Positions 40,906-54,500 are shown, numbered from the whole stretch's first letter. The stretch: 63,405 nucleotides of DNA, filler included, from Hyphochytrium catenoides (GCA_900088475.1; 8 parts of 8 records of this genome joined end to end with filler, not necessarily neighbours in it); one strand, 5' to 3'. Translations and numbers: made by a program. Notes: generated by a model from the sequence alone, not told the origin.

Positions 40906-42194
40906 ATGCTCCTTACTTGGGCGGAGTTGCAGTTCCCCGCTGGAGGATCCGCTGCCGGTGCAGCAGGGGGATGTGTACAGGGAACGGTGGCGGAGTATGA
41001 GGCGCGACACTTTCCTCTCACCCCTGATCTGCAGTCCTTAGAAGACCTCTCGGTCGTTCAGCACTATGCGGGCTGGGCTGATCCATTGGTTTCTCCTAGC
41101 ATCTTCCTCGAGGAGACTTCTGGCTTCAGAGAAATGCACGATGAGGAGGAGGAAAGGGCAGAGCTAGATAAAAGTGTTGAATCAGGAGAAGGAGGCATGG
41201 TATCACAGATGACGGCGGTATGTTTGACTCTATGGAGAGAACGGCGTGACTATAACAGTTTCATGAAGGCGAAATATACTCGAGCACCTTGGCCTCCTCA
41301 GAAGGTACTTCTTCCTTTTAGTTCTATCTCTCAGCCGACTTGATTGGGCAGTGGAAGGACAGCCTGAGCCGCCACTCTGCCTCCCTCACTCAAGTCTGGG
41401 GCACGCTTGTCTTCTAGGCTAGTGATAGTATCAGCTTTCCCTTATAGCTGATCGTTGCTCTGATGGTATCAGAGTGCCATGCTAACACCCAGCTCTGGCA
41501 GGTCCTCTACACTTCAGCCACTGTTGCCTACTTTTCGCCCGTCAGTCGGCACCTTTCAAGCGTACTCTTATCGCCGTCAGGGCCGCTGAACCAGGGTGTC
41601 AGCGGATTGTGGGCAGCTGAAGTGGAGATAGATGACATTCATGACGGGTCGTTCAAGGTAAATGAGAGGATGGGGATAAGTGCAGATTACCATTTTCATT
41701 ACCACTTCCAGGGGTAAAGGGACGATAGTAGCATAGGGCTGTGGCCGTGTAGTGGCCTGGAGTCGCTCTCGTCTTCAAGAGACAGGGACGCTAATATTTC
41801 GGTCTGTTAACAGGCATTTCTATCCACGCTCTCACCTCCAGCGCGCGGAGATGGGAATCCTTTCGAAGGGGGTGTTTGCTACCCCTACGTTCTAGCTTTT
41901 CAAAAACATGATTCCAGACTGCCATCATCCTACCTTGTTCTTACTCTCCAGAGCGAGGCCAACGAAGCGGCAGCCCAAGGTGAAGGTCCATCTACGTCCA
42001 CCACCATTTCCCTTCACCAGAACCTCTTGGAAAGTAGAATCTTGCCTTGGGTGCTAGGAGAAGGTGCAGTACTGAGGCTGGATAAGGAGCCGCCCAGAGG
42101 GAGAATCTTGAGCTATCGACGTGTAAATCTCAAGCGAGAGTTCTCCGTGCATCGCGCTAAGAGCTCCTTAAACCCAGAGGAGTTGAAGTCATGA
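40906..42194 (+). CDS. Hypothetical spliced protein, divergent from the helicase (exons ~40906-41304, 41502-41657, 41814-42194; start uncertain)
   Basis: Three open segments bounded by GT/AG sites. The last exon is open for 126 codons up to TGA. No family was recognised. Confidence 0.55.
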
Positions 42195-42406
42195 CGAGAG
42201 GAAATGGGAACATAACCTCTACATCGCTGTCCACTCCACAAATTTGAGCGGTCAGTGAGGTTTGAACACCAGATGCCTTTAGCTCTGCTGGCGTTTCTGG
42301 CGAGTTCTTGAGCAGAGATTTTAAGAGCCAGAAATTGGAGTTGTCGGAGGCCCTCCTTTTCATCTGGCATACTTCGACAACCCTCACAGCTTCGCTGAAA
42401 GTACCT

Positions 42407-43892
42407 CTACCAGCCCTCATAGCGTCGCCAGAAATTGACCAACAGCCCGCCACTGAGCCCAACACTTCCAGCTAGATATTCCCATGCTCCGTGGGAACAT
42501 GAGATAGAGCTCTGGCGCTGAGTGGGACTCTGTGTCTTTATCTTCACGAGAAAGCCAAGCGCGGGGGACAGAGAGAGGCCCTTTCTCTCTACGGTTTCGT
42601 AAAAGCGAATGTAGTCCCCCAACACTTCTAGAACTCCCAAGTCACTAGAGACTTCAAGACAGAAATGCTTCCACAGAGCAAAGAGAAAGAGAACCACTTT
42701 GCCTGGTGGGGGCACGTCCCTTCTGCTTGATATGAGAGAGGTGCTAAGAGAAGAGATCGAAGAGGACGATACTATGGCCAAAAAGCGCTTCCAACCCGTC
42801 AGTACTGAGCTATCGCAGTGCCCATAGAAAGCTTGAACGTCATAGACAGCAGGAGGTAGAGAGCTCTTCAGTATCTCCAGGGATTGTACAAAGCTCTCTA
42901 CCTGGTATTGAGAGAAGTAGTTGGCGCCAGTGTAGCCGGGGGAGAAGACCGAAGAGCAAATCAAATTCTCTAGGCGCCGAAGAAAAAGAATTCTTTGAAG
43001 AGTTATAGGGCGCCACACGTAGTCTGCTGAAGACCTATCGTACCAGGAACGTGACACCTATCGAGAAGAACATCGCCATCAGAATGGCCAATGAGCCATT
43101 AGGAAAGAAAGGCAGGCGCAAGGGCTAGAGACAGCGTCGCCGGGAAAGCTTCTCAACACAGGGATCAACGAGAAAGGTCCATAGTTTGGGGCTGATAGAG
43201 AAGAAGAGCACGACAAGGGACAACTGCGTATATAGCTGAGATAATGAAGGATATTGCTCACCGACCTGTGCACAGACGAGCAGCTCTGGCATATCTAAGT
43301 AGGTGAAGACATAGTTGGAGAGATCCGGGGGAGAAAGCACTATGGGGAGGAATGGGGCGAGAACATGCACAGAAGGCTGATTAGAGGGTCAAGGTCCTTG
43401 AGTACAAATGGGCAAGCACTCCTACCACTAGCGATCGAAGGTCGGACCTCCGTTGGTATTAGTCCAGCCTTCACGGCCTCGGTGTAGGCCTCCTCCCCTT
43501 CCAGTAGGCGGAACTGATGATGGAGATGAGCAGCAGCCCGACGGGGGGAGAGGCAGTGGCTACCTCTGGCAACGGCACCGACTTTGCGCTTTAGTCTTCT
43601 CACGTTCTTCTGCCTGCATCAGGTCAGGGCCATTTATGCTTAGACAACCGATCAGATCCGCGCAGGCTCTATGGTTGTCGAAGCAAAGAGACATCACGAG
43701 AAAGAAGGCAAGAGTTGACAGGATAGGGCTTGGCTTATCAGCCTTGACTTACTGCTTTCTCCATCTAATGAATAGGTATGCCGAGGATAACACGAGTGCG
43801 GCCCCAGAGACGATAAATATCACGTTAGATCTCCGCCGCATGCTTCTGTACAGCTGGAGGATAACACTAGCTTCCGAGCCCTCTGAGCCCAT
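42407..43892 (-). CDS. F-box protein, possibly with an N-terminal membrane anchor; 5' exons uncertain
   Basis: Spliced LSPPDLSNYVFTYLDMPELLVCAQ|VSRSWYDRSSADYVWRPI (intron 43265-43058) is the F-box pattern. The upstream exon 43892-43753 encodes a TM helix and ends at a gtaag donor. Confidence 0.65.
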
Positions 43893-44479
43893 TCTGGCTG
43901 GCCCAGGAGAGTTGAAGAAGGAAATAACATGCAAGATCATCGACCGTTGAGGGTGCAGCGAACATTTAGTGAGGGTGAGAGCCTGGCAGGCTCTAACAGG
44001 TATGTGACACATGACCTACCTTGGCCCGGCGCTAACACCTTACAACCCAAAGTATCTTCTTGAGGTGCATATGTCGCTTCGATGTGAAAACGCTGGAGAA
44101 GTTCTCTTCCATCACCCCATTAGACAAGCGAGAAGGCTTCTCTGCACGAAGGCGCCAGGGATCGCCTTGTTCCCCAATCGGATGGGATCCCTTGTGTTAT
44201 TCTAATCGCCCAACGCTTAGAGGGTATATAACTCTTGGGCGGTGTTGGCGTCCATGAAGGCAAAGTTCGCAAGCAATCATAGACCTTGACGGGCCTCATG
44301 AGACAGATTCTTCAGAATAGGGACCCGTACATTGGGGATGAACCCTACCTGGGATGAGTATCCTCTAGCCTCGTCTCTTCTTCCACCCCAGTAGTACTGT
44401 CATCAGTGACTTCGCCTCTACACCGAGTGCTGAGCTAGCTCCCCGCCGCGGATGCCTCAGCCGCCTTAAACAGAGCAGT

Positions 44480-45082
44480 TTGATGAGCAGAAAGAGGAAA
44501 GGTTCGAGCACTCACATTGATGTCAACCACCTGGCTTGCCGTCTTTCTGGATTTTTATCTAGGAGACAGAGCCAGCAGAGCCCGGCCTGGGTGCTGCAGA
44601 CAAGGCGCTCTATCATTGATAAAGCCCCTTACAGCAACGTCGCTAACGGCAAGCAGAATCACGCCGCTAACGACAAGGCTGAAGAAGCAAACAGACGTGC
44701 CAAATCTCCTGTCTCAACTGCAAAAAGGCCAATTGCTGCGTGTGGCGGTAAAAACAATGGTAGGAGCTACGCATCAGTTCTACGTCACGGATGCAGTGCA
44801 GTGGAGCACTATAGAAACGTCGACCTCTTCCGGTACGGCAAAGGAGGCTATGTGAAGCGTGAGAATTGTATATCCCGTGCACATTATGAGAAAATGCGCT
44901 TCTCTATCATGCGGACCTACGGTGGAGTAAGAGCCCTGCTTGGCAGCCAGGCGGCACAGCTTGATACCAAGTTCAAGATTGACCTTCCAACCACCTGTAG
45001 CATGAGGACCACCACCACGCGTCGAGATGTCTTTGATGCTACCATTCGACAGCAGCTGGAGGAGGAGTTTCACGAAATATGA
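44480..45082 (+). CDS. Uninterrupted 200-codon ORF, no recognisable family
   Basis: ORF length and non-repetitive composition only. Confidence 0.25.
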   Translation: MMSRKRKGSSTHIDVNHLACRLSGFLSRRQSQQSPAWVLQTRRSIIDKAPYSNVANGKQNHAANDKAEEANRRAKSPVSTAKRPIAACGGKNNGRSYASVLRHGCSAVEHYRNVDLFRYGKGGYVKRENCISRAHYEKMRFSIMRTYGGVRALLGSQAAQLDTKFKIDLPTTCSMRTTTTRRDVFDATIRQQLEEEFHEI

Positions 45083-46620
45083 CGAGATGAAACAGGACCT
45101 GCCGCAGCAATGGAGGGGAGGGGGGGAATCAGAGCTCTGCACCACATCAGGAAGGTGAGGCACGCTCTGGCGTCTGTGGAGGCATTCGGCGGCATTTCAT
45201 ACCTTGGGTACTCTGAGTGCGTGGTTCCAAGTATGGCTGTCAGGTGTTAAAAACAAACACAGACCTCCCCAACATCAAGTCCCGTTTGCCCTCTCTCGAT
45301 TTACTATCATCTCTATAGAACTACTAATACGCGAGGGAGGTGCTGAGACACGCACTCTGATGATCTTTTTTTGTTCTCTTCAAGTTGTCAATTGCCGCTT
45401 CACATTCCTCCTCCCCCACAGACATCGGAGAGAGAGAGGGAAAGAGAGAGAGAGAGATAACGCGTGGCTTCCTAGCTTGACGTATAATGAGTTGTTCATC
45501 TGCCAGTGTGAATAGACGTGAACGAGGTTCAAATGTAGCGGGCGCTGTCTGATTAGCATCAACATCTTGAGCTCGTTGAGCGCGTGTCTCCTCTGGGCAC
45601 TCCATCACTTGCACCGCATAGCGTTGTCGCGTATTCTTGCTCTGTAAGTCAGACAAGCCACATCATTAGCCTTGTTAGTGGAGGGAGAGGGGTCCAAGAA
45701 GGAGATGACAGGAGCAGNNNNNNNNNNNNNNNNNNNNNNNNNNNNNNNNNNNNNNNNNNNNTTAATTAATTAANNNNNNNNNNNNNNNNNNNNNNNNNNN
45801 NNNNNNNNNNNNNNNNNGGTTGGTTCTTCCGCCTCCACAACCACCATTCCCATACTTTCGTCCTCTGCTCTTTTGACCTACAAGTCCCAGCTCCTATGAC
45901 AACCCCCTCTCTGTCAGCTAAGACCCCTGGCACTTTAAGAGAGCGCCTGCAATAGGTCTAAGCCGGGGTATCGCCGGCCTCTAAGGAAGCTTCCCTCCTT
46001 CGTCAGCATCCTTGATCATGGGAGCGATAGCATAATGTCAACCGGCCAAGACCGGCAGCAGGCGCGATGAGCAACAAGCAACAGCTATGACCTTTCACCT
46101 TTCACTGAATGCTCTTCTATGAATGTAACACCACATCCCGTTAGTTTCCTTCCTTCGATGATAGTTTCAAGCTGTTGTCCTAGCACTTCTACGGCCTCAT
46201 ATCGGGGAAGAAACATTGTTCCCGAAGCTTTCGGACACATCGGCCCCGAGGGGAGGTCTGAGGGACTTAGAAAAAGCATACAAATTGAGAAGAAACCAAG
46301 GGAGCTTTCGTTATAAAGGAAGAGGAAGACGGTGGCCTTGGCGCCATCATCAAGTCCCAGACGTTTATATCTCTTCATTAGGGAAGTGCTGCCTCTTGTG
46401 GCCTTCTATGTAGGACGAGATGGGCTGGACGAAGGTAGAAAAGCTAGCAAGCCATTGAGGGATGTTATTGAGGGTTGAAAGACAGCTTCCTAACTATAAC
46501 TGGTATGCTAATATACACACAGGCTGTAAGGATGTGAGAAGCTGGTAGAGGAGAAAGAAGGTGGAGAGCCCCTCTCGCGGCCCAGTTGTTTGGATGGGAT
46601 CTATCGTATCCCTGTATCAT

Positions 46621-49600
46621 TCAGACAACCTTGTCTGAGATGAGGTGATGAGAGAATAGTGACTATTGGCCCTGGTTGGCGGGAAGTACTGGTTGGCCTA
46701 ATCATTGAAGGAAGATGGAAAATGGTCAGAAGGCACCTAGTCAAAATCTTTCGAGTCTAATGGACAGAAAGATGACGGTCCAACCAATGAGCAACAACCA
46801 CCACAACGTACAGCCATCACGTACCAAAGGACTGGCCAGAAGGGAGTAGCGGCGAAGCCAAAAGGGAACAAAGCAAACACAATGGGACCAAGACATACGC
46901 GTGACCAACTCGAGGCAAGCTACAATATAACTTGGGGCCGAAGTAGCGAGACGAGATGTGCATAAGAATATAAGAGTAAATGGACAAAGGACGCCCCAAG
47001 GTCTCAGCAAATGGCTACCTGGTGCTTTAGCTGCAGGGGAGGACTTTATGCCAGTCTTCGCCTTGGCCTTTGGGCTCTTCTTTGCCCCTTCACCACCAGC
47101 CTTTGCCGCAGCTTTCTTTGGTCTTCCTGGGCCTGGGCTGATTTTCGGTCCGGTCTTGCCTGGATTGACCACTGATGGCTTCTTAGCAGCCTTTTTGGCC
47201 TTTGGGTCTGCTCCTGCTTTTGACAGCCCACCACCAGGACTGGCCCCTGCCTTCGGCACCGCCTTCTTGTACATATTATCCCCTAGCGCTGACTTGTTCT
47301 TAGCTCCTTTCTTAGCTTGCTTCGTGTCTCCTTCTTTGCCAGCCATTTTTCCGAAAGCAGTTTTCTTGGCCTTAGCTCCAAGTTTGGAGCCAGCAGCCTC
47401 TTTCGTCTTGTCTCCTTTCTTAACGGTACCCTTCTTTCCTCCAGCAGCTGCCTTGGCTTTAGCTTCCTGGGACGTGACACCTTTTCCCTTGACACTTGAG
47501 CCTTGCTTGCCTTTGGCCTTGCTAGTCAACATCTGCGAAAGGGGCATGCTTTCCATATTTCCATCTGAGTCTCTGTCACTCTGGAGGCCATTGCCCTTCT
47601 TGGATGGTTCTTCTTCTAGCATCTTTTGAACAGCAGTATTCTCTCCCTGTCAAAGGCCCAAAGGACCGTGCAAAAAGTATTATGAGAGTCTGCATTGGCA
47701 GTACAATCTTAGAGAGTGAAGCACCCCTTTAGCCGAGTGCAGCCCTTCTACTACCTGAGCATCAGCTAGCCGCGCCAAAAGGCTCAGTCTCGCGCCAATT
47801 TTTGCCTGGAAGTTCTGTACAAGATCCCTATACTGGGGGTTTACTTCCCGGTGCTCTATAGACCCAGAGCGACTCATGTTAATATCGTCGCAGCGAATAA
47901 CATTCTGAAGATGAAGGCTGACACCCACACGCCAGGCTTCGGTTTGGGAAGGAGGGACAAGAGCAGGTCACAAGTCTGGTCAAGTCTTACCGCGCATTTG
48001 TAAGTGATGGTTCTGGAGCTCCTGAAGTAATCGACTATTATCATCTAGCATCTCCTGCACCTCCTCAGAGTTTTTGGGTCCTCCCTGCAGGAGAAACAAG
48101 AAGGAAGGTCACAAGAGAGGGGTACAGGGTAGGTCGAAGCAGGTATAAGCACTGTGCGAGCAGAAGTCCGTGGAAAGCATGAAACAGACAAGTCCTACCA
48201 ACAGATTGTCTCCTGCTCCTGCCGTATGGCTTGCCCCACTAGTATTAGCCTGTGAACCTTGAGCACTATCCTCTTGCGCAGCGTGGCTTTGCTTCTGCTT
48301 CTTTCCACCAGACTTCTTAGTGTGTTTCTGAGCCTCCGCCTGCTTCTTTTTGAGAGCCTGTTGCTGCTGCTGTTGAAGAAGCATGAGCTGCTGCTGCTGC
48401 TGGTATTGAGCGTGCTGATGCTCCGCTGCAGTCTGCTGGCCCAGATGTTGCTGCTGTTGTTGGATTTCATTTCTCTGTGCTCCCTCACCCTCCCTACTTC
48501 CAGCTGCGACTGAAGCGGCCCCAGGTTGCATCTGTTGGGCGGCAGCTATCCGTGCCTCCTGGGACATTCCATAGCCTTGGTGCATACCATGTGCCTGCTG
48601 ATATTGCCTCGAGTGCTGGAGTCTTGCAAAGTACATGTTCTGTAATTGCTGCATCTGGGCCGGATTAAGGTTCTGAAACTGTTGAGGAGTTAAGCCGTAC
48701 ATCTGCGCCACCGCAGCTAAAGATAGTGGGTGGTGCTGCATCATCCCTGCTGTAGCAGTCACGCCTTGGTCCTGCTCTACTGCCCCTTGTCCCTGATAAG
48801 AAAGCAGAGCGTGAGCATTCTTTTACGACCAACCGTGGAAACTCAGGAGGAAGTAATGCAGCCGACAGGACTGTAATGAGAGGGCTTCGACGCAATAGAA
48901 ATGGGGTTAGAATGTTTGTGAGCTTCTCACCATTGCCTGGGAACTAGTGGCCTGGTGTTGGCCCCAGCCCTGTACGCCCACTGCCCCATGTGCCAAGGCC
49001 ATCATCTGCTGTCTCATAGCATGCTCTAAAACTTGCGGCTGCTGTTTGGTCTGCCCGGCTGGATGTGCCAATTCTACTGCGTCCTCTTCCTTGCTGACTG
49101 CAGGACTGGGTGCCTTTGAAGCCTTCTTTGCTCGCTTCTTGGCAGGCTGTTGAACGTCTGCGTGCTGCTCACCAGTTGCTGGTTCATTCCGCCCACGGAC
49201 GTGAGCAGGGGAAACTGCCTGTGGGCCGTGTTGTTGCTGCTGCTGAGACAGTTGGTGAGGATGTTGTTGCTGCTGCTGCTGCTGCTGCTGAGCTTGTTGC
49301 TGCTGCTGACGTTGCAGCAGTTGTTGCTGATACAGAGAATAATGCTGCTGTGCTTGCGAAGTCTGATCCTGAGCTTGCGCCTGCTGTTGTGCTTGTTGTT
49401 GTTGTGCTTGTTGTTGCTGGAAGCCTAACTGATGCAACTGCTGTACCCGCTGCAGAAACTCTATCTGTTGCTGGGACTGTTGGTGAGGAATGCCCTGAGC
49501 TTGTTGCTGCTGTTGCAGGCGCTGGAGATGCAGCTGTTGCATCTGCGCAACCAGAAAATGTTAATGTCATGATTAGACCTTATACCAGGACACAACGAGG

Positions 49601-49808
49601 AGAAGAAAGAAAAGCAGTTCCGAAATGTAGCACCATGCAGGATTCTGGTGATGAGCTTTGCTCATGAAGAGCAACAGACAGCGAGAGGTATAGTAACACG
49701 GGACAATGTGAGATTGTCCACCTGCAATTGCTGCATGCGCTGCATATACTCTTGTTGGCTCGTCATTGCTTGCGCCTGACCACCATTCGCAGCCGCTCCT
49801 TGTTGCTG
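46621..49808 (-). CDS. Glutamine-rich nuclear protein with an SSXT (SS18/GIF N-terminal homology)-like domain and a Lys/Ala-rich tail containing an AT-hook; 5' truncated, 3' end tentative
   Basis: Poly-Q exons. Spliced exons 48084-47991 and 47855-47755 give EEVQEMLDDNSRLLQELQ...FQAKIGARLSLLARLADAQ. PGPGRPKK lies in the K-rich exon; PAKKRAKK is NLS-like. Confidence 0.7.
49230..49540. repeat. CAG/CAA trinucleotide tract encoding poly-glutamine on the - strand
   Basis: (tgc)n/(tgt)n runs on the + strand, in frame with ORF 48907-49542. Confidence 0.9.
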
Positions 49809-51587
49809 NNNNNNNNNNNNNNNNNNNNNNNNNNNNNNNNNNNNNNNNNNNNTTAATTAATTAANNNNNNNNNNNNNNNNNNNNNNNNNNNNNNNNNNNN
49901 NNNNNNNNTTTCGTGTGTTCTCATCCTCGCTCCAGGGGGATGACTGCAGTTGCTCAGTAACGAACAGAGGAGGAGGCGGCATCAGCTGCTGCGCCCGCTG
50001 CACTCAGCTCACCACCAGCGGCCGATCACCGAGAAGCTTGCTTGCTGGGCATCCTGCTGCTGGCTTTGAGAGCCTAGCAGCAGGACGGATGTCGTGGTAG
50101 GCCGCCCAGTCAGGGTTTGCGGGCTTGGACGCTTTGTTACTACCTCAGAGATGGGCTAGCGAGCCCTGCATTGGTGAGGAGGAGGACGGAGGAGGAGTGG
50201 AGAGGCTTAACGCATCCTAGTGCTACAATGATGACGACGAAGCCAGCTACACTTCTTGTCCTGAGACGAATGCATGGAAGGCAGTTATGCATGATCGGGC
50301 GAGGCATTCTACTTGGGCCCACTTTCTTAGCAAGGAAAGACATCACGTAGAATACCTATTCAGGGTGAAGAAGGGGTCTTAATAATGAGAGAGCTTGTTA
50401 ACAGCACTATGCCAGGGGTTTCAGACCCGCTGCTGATGAAAGAAGCTGATGATCAGAAGAAGAGATTTCTCCAAGTAGGTAAATCCTCCCTGTTCCCTCC
50501 TTACGCAGCTGCTCAAAATGGGCTGAAGCTTCTTCAAGAGGGCTGCTTGTTCCCATAGAAAGTCTGGATGAGGAGCTTGTTAGAAACACAACCAGTCGGT
50601 TTATGCAAGGCATGCGAAGAGCACCTTGTACGCAAACTGTGCAGGTCATTCTAAGGCCGTAGGCAAGCAAGTTGCCAGTCGAACAAGGCTCTTTTAGCAC
50701 TTCTCACTGTTCAAAGATGTCGAAGAAGCCACGCAGACCTTTGCCTCTGCATTAAGAAGCTAATCCTATAAGATAGCTGTCGTGATGTCCGTTTATCGAA
50801 GCTGTATAGAGCTCTCCTCAGCGGGAAAACTCTTCAAACATATGGCACCTACTTTAAAGAGGGGCTCGAGGTAGTGAGTAGTATTGTTGAAGACGCTCCT
50901 CAATGGGTGGTTGGTTAGCCTCAATATGAATAACCCCATGACCAGCCTGGAGACCATCACGCCAGAAAATAGGGACGCACGATGCAACATCCAGAACATT
51001 GTTAAGAAGCTGCTGTCGTGAACCTGATGAGCAGCAGAAGAGTGCCTCATCTCTTGAATTGGTACATAATACACAGTAGGTGACTTGAACCCCCTGGGAC
51101 ATCCTACGCGTGGGTTCGGGTTGCGTCTTGATAATCAGCAGCAGTGCGAGCGAGCTCTTGTCTTCTCTTGGAAGTTCTCCCTTTTATGTTTACAGCTCAA
51201 TGGCAAATCTTCTTACGGTTTACAGGTCGGTGACGGCATTGGTGTCGCTACTGTCCTCCGCCTAACGGCTTACAACGTTTCTACTTCTTGCAAGCTTCCC
51301 CTCAGCGTATCTACCCAGACTCAATATTAAGTTGCAAGCGTCTTGGGATGCTTAGCTGGGACTGGCCTTTGTAGAAGAATCGGTAGAGGATCATTGGACC
51401 CACTGAACGAGCTAAAATGAAAGCTCACTTCCCATTATGGACGGCACTTATAACAACCTTCATTGAAACCTCTCACTATGGAAGAGGAGACAGACCTGCC
51501 TCATCGTCCGTCCGTCCTCCCATTTATAAACGAGTCTCTTCTCTAGCCACTTAAACCCCTTCAATAGCCATCCATTTTTGAAAGTCC

Positions 51588-54500
51588 TTACTCGCCCTGG
51601 TTCGCACGCTTCTTGAGCTCACTCAGGAAAGAAAGCTTCGGCCCTCCTGGTCCACCAACTGGAAGACCAAAGGGAAGCTTCGGGGCGGGTGACTCTGAAC
51701 AATGAGAAAGACCAATTTAGATAAAGACGCTTATAGGCAGAGAAGAGAACGGCAGCAGCTTCAGAAGAAGATTAAGTTCTCAAAAGCAGTGCAGAAGTTG
51801 AATGGACTAAACAATAGAAAGATGCGGAGTTTTGTTTAAGGACCTGAAGGAGGTTGAGCGGGGCTATTCTCTCTATCTTCTCCACCTCCTGCTCTCTTCT
51901 TGAGCTCAGCCAGGAATCCCATGGGCTTCCTACCCAGCAAAGGATGTACGGGACGCTGGTCTGTATTATATGAAAAAGAGACAGGCAATAGGTCAATGCG
52001 TAAGCTTAGCAAACCGAGAAGGCGGCAACAGAGAGAGCTTCCAGCGAGAAAACCTTCTCTTACCATCATTGTCCTTGGTTTTCTCTTCGTTAGCCGCTCT
52101 CTCTTTGGCCAGAGTACGCTCGATCATCATCTGGACAGCCTTACTCTTTGGCTTCAGGTTCTCTAGGGGCACTGGAGGAGCCATTTCCGACGGTGCTTTT
52201 TTAGCTTCTCCGTCTTTGGGCTTCTCGTCCGCAGACGCAACGGCAGGCGTAGATGAGACAGAGGCCTTAGGTGTCGGTGCAGGAGTGCGAGGTACACCTC
52301 TAGGGCTATTGCACAGCCCTTCAGTGAGGAACTTGAGCACTTCGGGTGCAGCCTGAATAGAGCTTCGGCGGCGTGGACGGTCTGCTACTGGAGCTAAGAA
52401 GAGAAAAAAACATAGAGTTGCGCACGGGGATAAAATCGTAGGAAGACAGGGGATTAGATTGTGAAGAGAGGGGAGGAAATGACTAACCTAGCCTTACCTT
52501 CAGCAGGGGCGGAGGGAGAAGGCACCGCCTCCCCATTACCTCCCTCCTCTGCCTTCTGCTCTAAAGCCGGAGCGGGTAAGAGAGGTTCTTTCTTCTCCTC
52601 ACCGCTTGCAGGGGCAGAGGTAGATGTCTCAGGAGGTGGTGGTGTGTTTGGGGAAGCTTGTGGGCCAGAGCCTTCCTCAGTCACTGACACTCTCTTTGCT
52701 GCGAGGGCTCTGTTCATCTCCTCTTGCCTCTCCCGTGCCTCCTCCTCGACAGAAAGTTTCCTTGCAAGGCCACTCCGCTTCATTGGCTGGGGGCATGCAT
52801 CGGGAGAGAACGCTGGTGGAATAGGCTGCAAGGAAGATGGGTTAGAGGGAAACAGATGCGCAGCGAGACGCCTTAAAGGAAGGAAATGCATAAAGAGACT
52901 TTAACCTTGAATAAAGATAAAAGGTTTCAGTACAATCAGCGTCATCCTTGGCTGTATCTGGGTCTTCTGCATGGCATACCTGGCCTCTGAGGTTCTCGTA
53001 AAGAGTAATCTCAGTCTTAAACTGCTGGAAAGAGATAGGAGCGGCTGCTGCCGCTGTGTCTCCTTCCCTGACTGCGGCTTCGACCTGCTGCCTCTCTTTG
53101 AGAAGCTCGTCGTACTGCTGCTTTGCAGTGTTCCTGAAGTAGGAGAAGTACGTTAAGGCCATAGTTAGCAGGGAAACGGAGAGCAAGAGGGAGTGGAAGA
53201 GCTCTACCGAGCGAGGAATAAGCTCAACGGACTCTTTGACAGAGGTAGGAAGGACTGGCGCTCACCTGCATTGGATCACAGTGTCCTTTCCAAGCCTCTC
53301 CCTAATGACAGCATCACGGGCATCTGAATGGAAAAAGAATGTCAAGAAGGCAAGGACGTCTTTCCATGGCAAAACAGGGCTTATAGATAGTAACGAGTAA
53401 ATAAGGGAGTAGGAACAGGATCCAAATAAGGAGCCCGGGAAAGTTGATCGTCGCTGGTATTCTTGTCCAGTTAGAAGAAGGAAAGCAAGAAGAGAAAGCT
53501 CTACCAGCCGCGGCGGCATCATATTCTGCCTTGGCCTCCGGGATGAGTTTATCTTTCAGCAGCTGTAGTCTCTTTCTCCTTCCATCCTGACGCTTCTCCT
53601 GAGTCTCAAACTTTGTGAGCCGCGCCTGTATCTCTTCTTGCGTGAGATATCTACAACCGTGAGATAGGGACAGTTTAGCTCAGTTTAGTTGTACAAAGTT
53701 GTAGCGAGGTAAGAGCAGCGATAGCAGACTGGGACGGACAAATCGAATGGGCTCTCCTTGCGCACCAAGCATTTGCAGAGGAAATTGAAGTGACCAACAG
53801 GCTAGGAAGTAAGGGAAATGCAGTGCTTAAGGAGTATTGGAGTGCTATCTAGGTGCTGTTGAGAGGTAAGGAGCAGGGAACACCAAGAACGGACCTGTAG
53901 ATAGCCTTTCTTCTCCTTGTCCCATCTAAAGGCAAGCATTTAACCTTTGTTCTCTTCTTTTCTTTAGGATCCCAAGGTCCGTCCACCTCCTCTTCGCAAT
54001 CCTGGCGGCTCAACGCTTTCAGATGCTCAAAGAATCGAACTCGCCACTCAGCTTTCTTGCCCTCCTGCAAATTCAGCCAGTTAGGCGATGGCTTTCTAGT
54101 AGGCAGCGTTATGGTCATTTTCATCTGCTTACCTTGTCTAGTGAGAACTTGATCGGGATCATGCAGTAGATGGCACGTAACTCCACAATATCAAGCTGCT
54201 CAAAGTTCTAACAAGCAGAGAGAAAGCGTCAGCTCAAAGGATATTCAATGACGGAAACCCGAACTGGCTCCGAAGCCGCCAGCAAAGAAAGAGTTACTTT
54301 AAATGTAGCGAGAAGAGTGACAGGAAAGGACTGGACTCGACCGATGACTTGTGAGAGAGAGACAGAGAGAGACAGTGAAGAGAGAGGAGAACGAAAGTTT
54401 GTTCTTACTTGGAAGTGCTTGGCATGTTCTCCAGCAAGGAAATTGGCGGTTGTGATGTCATCCGTGTGAGTGACAATCCAGTGCAGCAGCTTGTTCTCCT

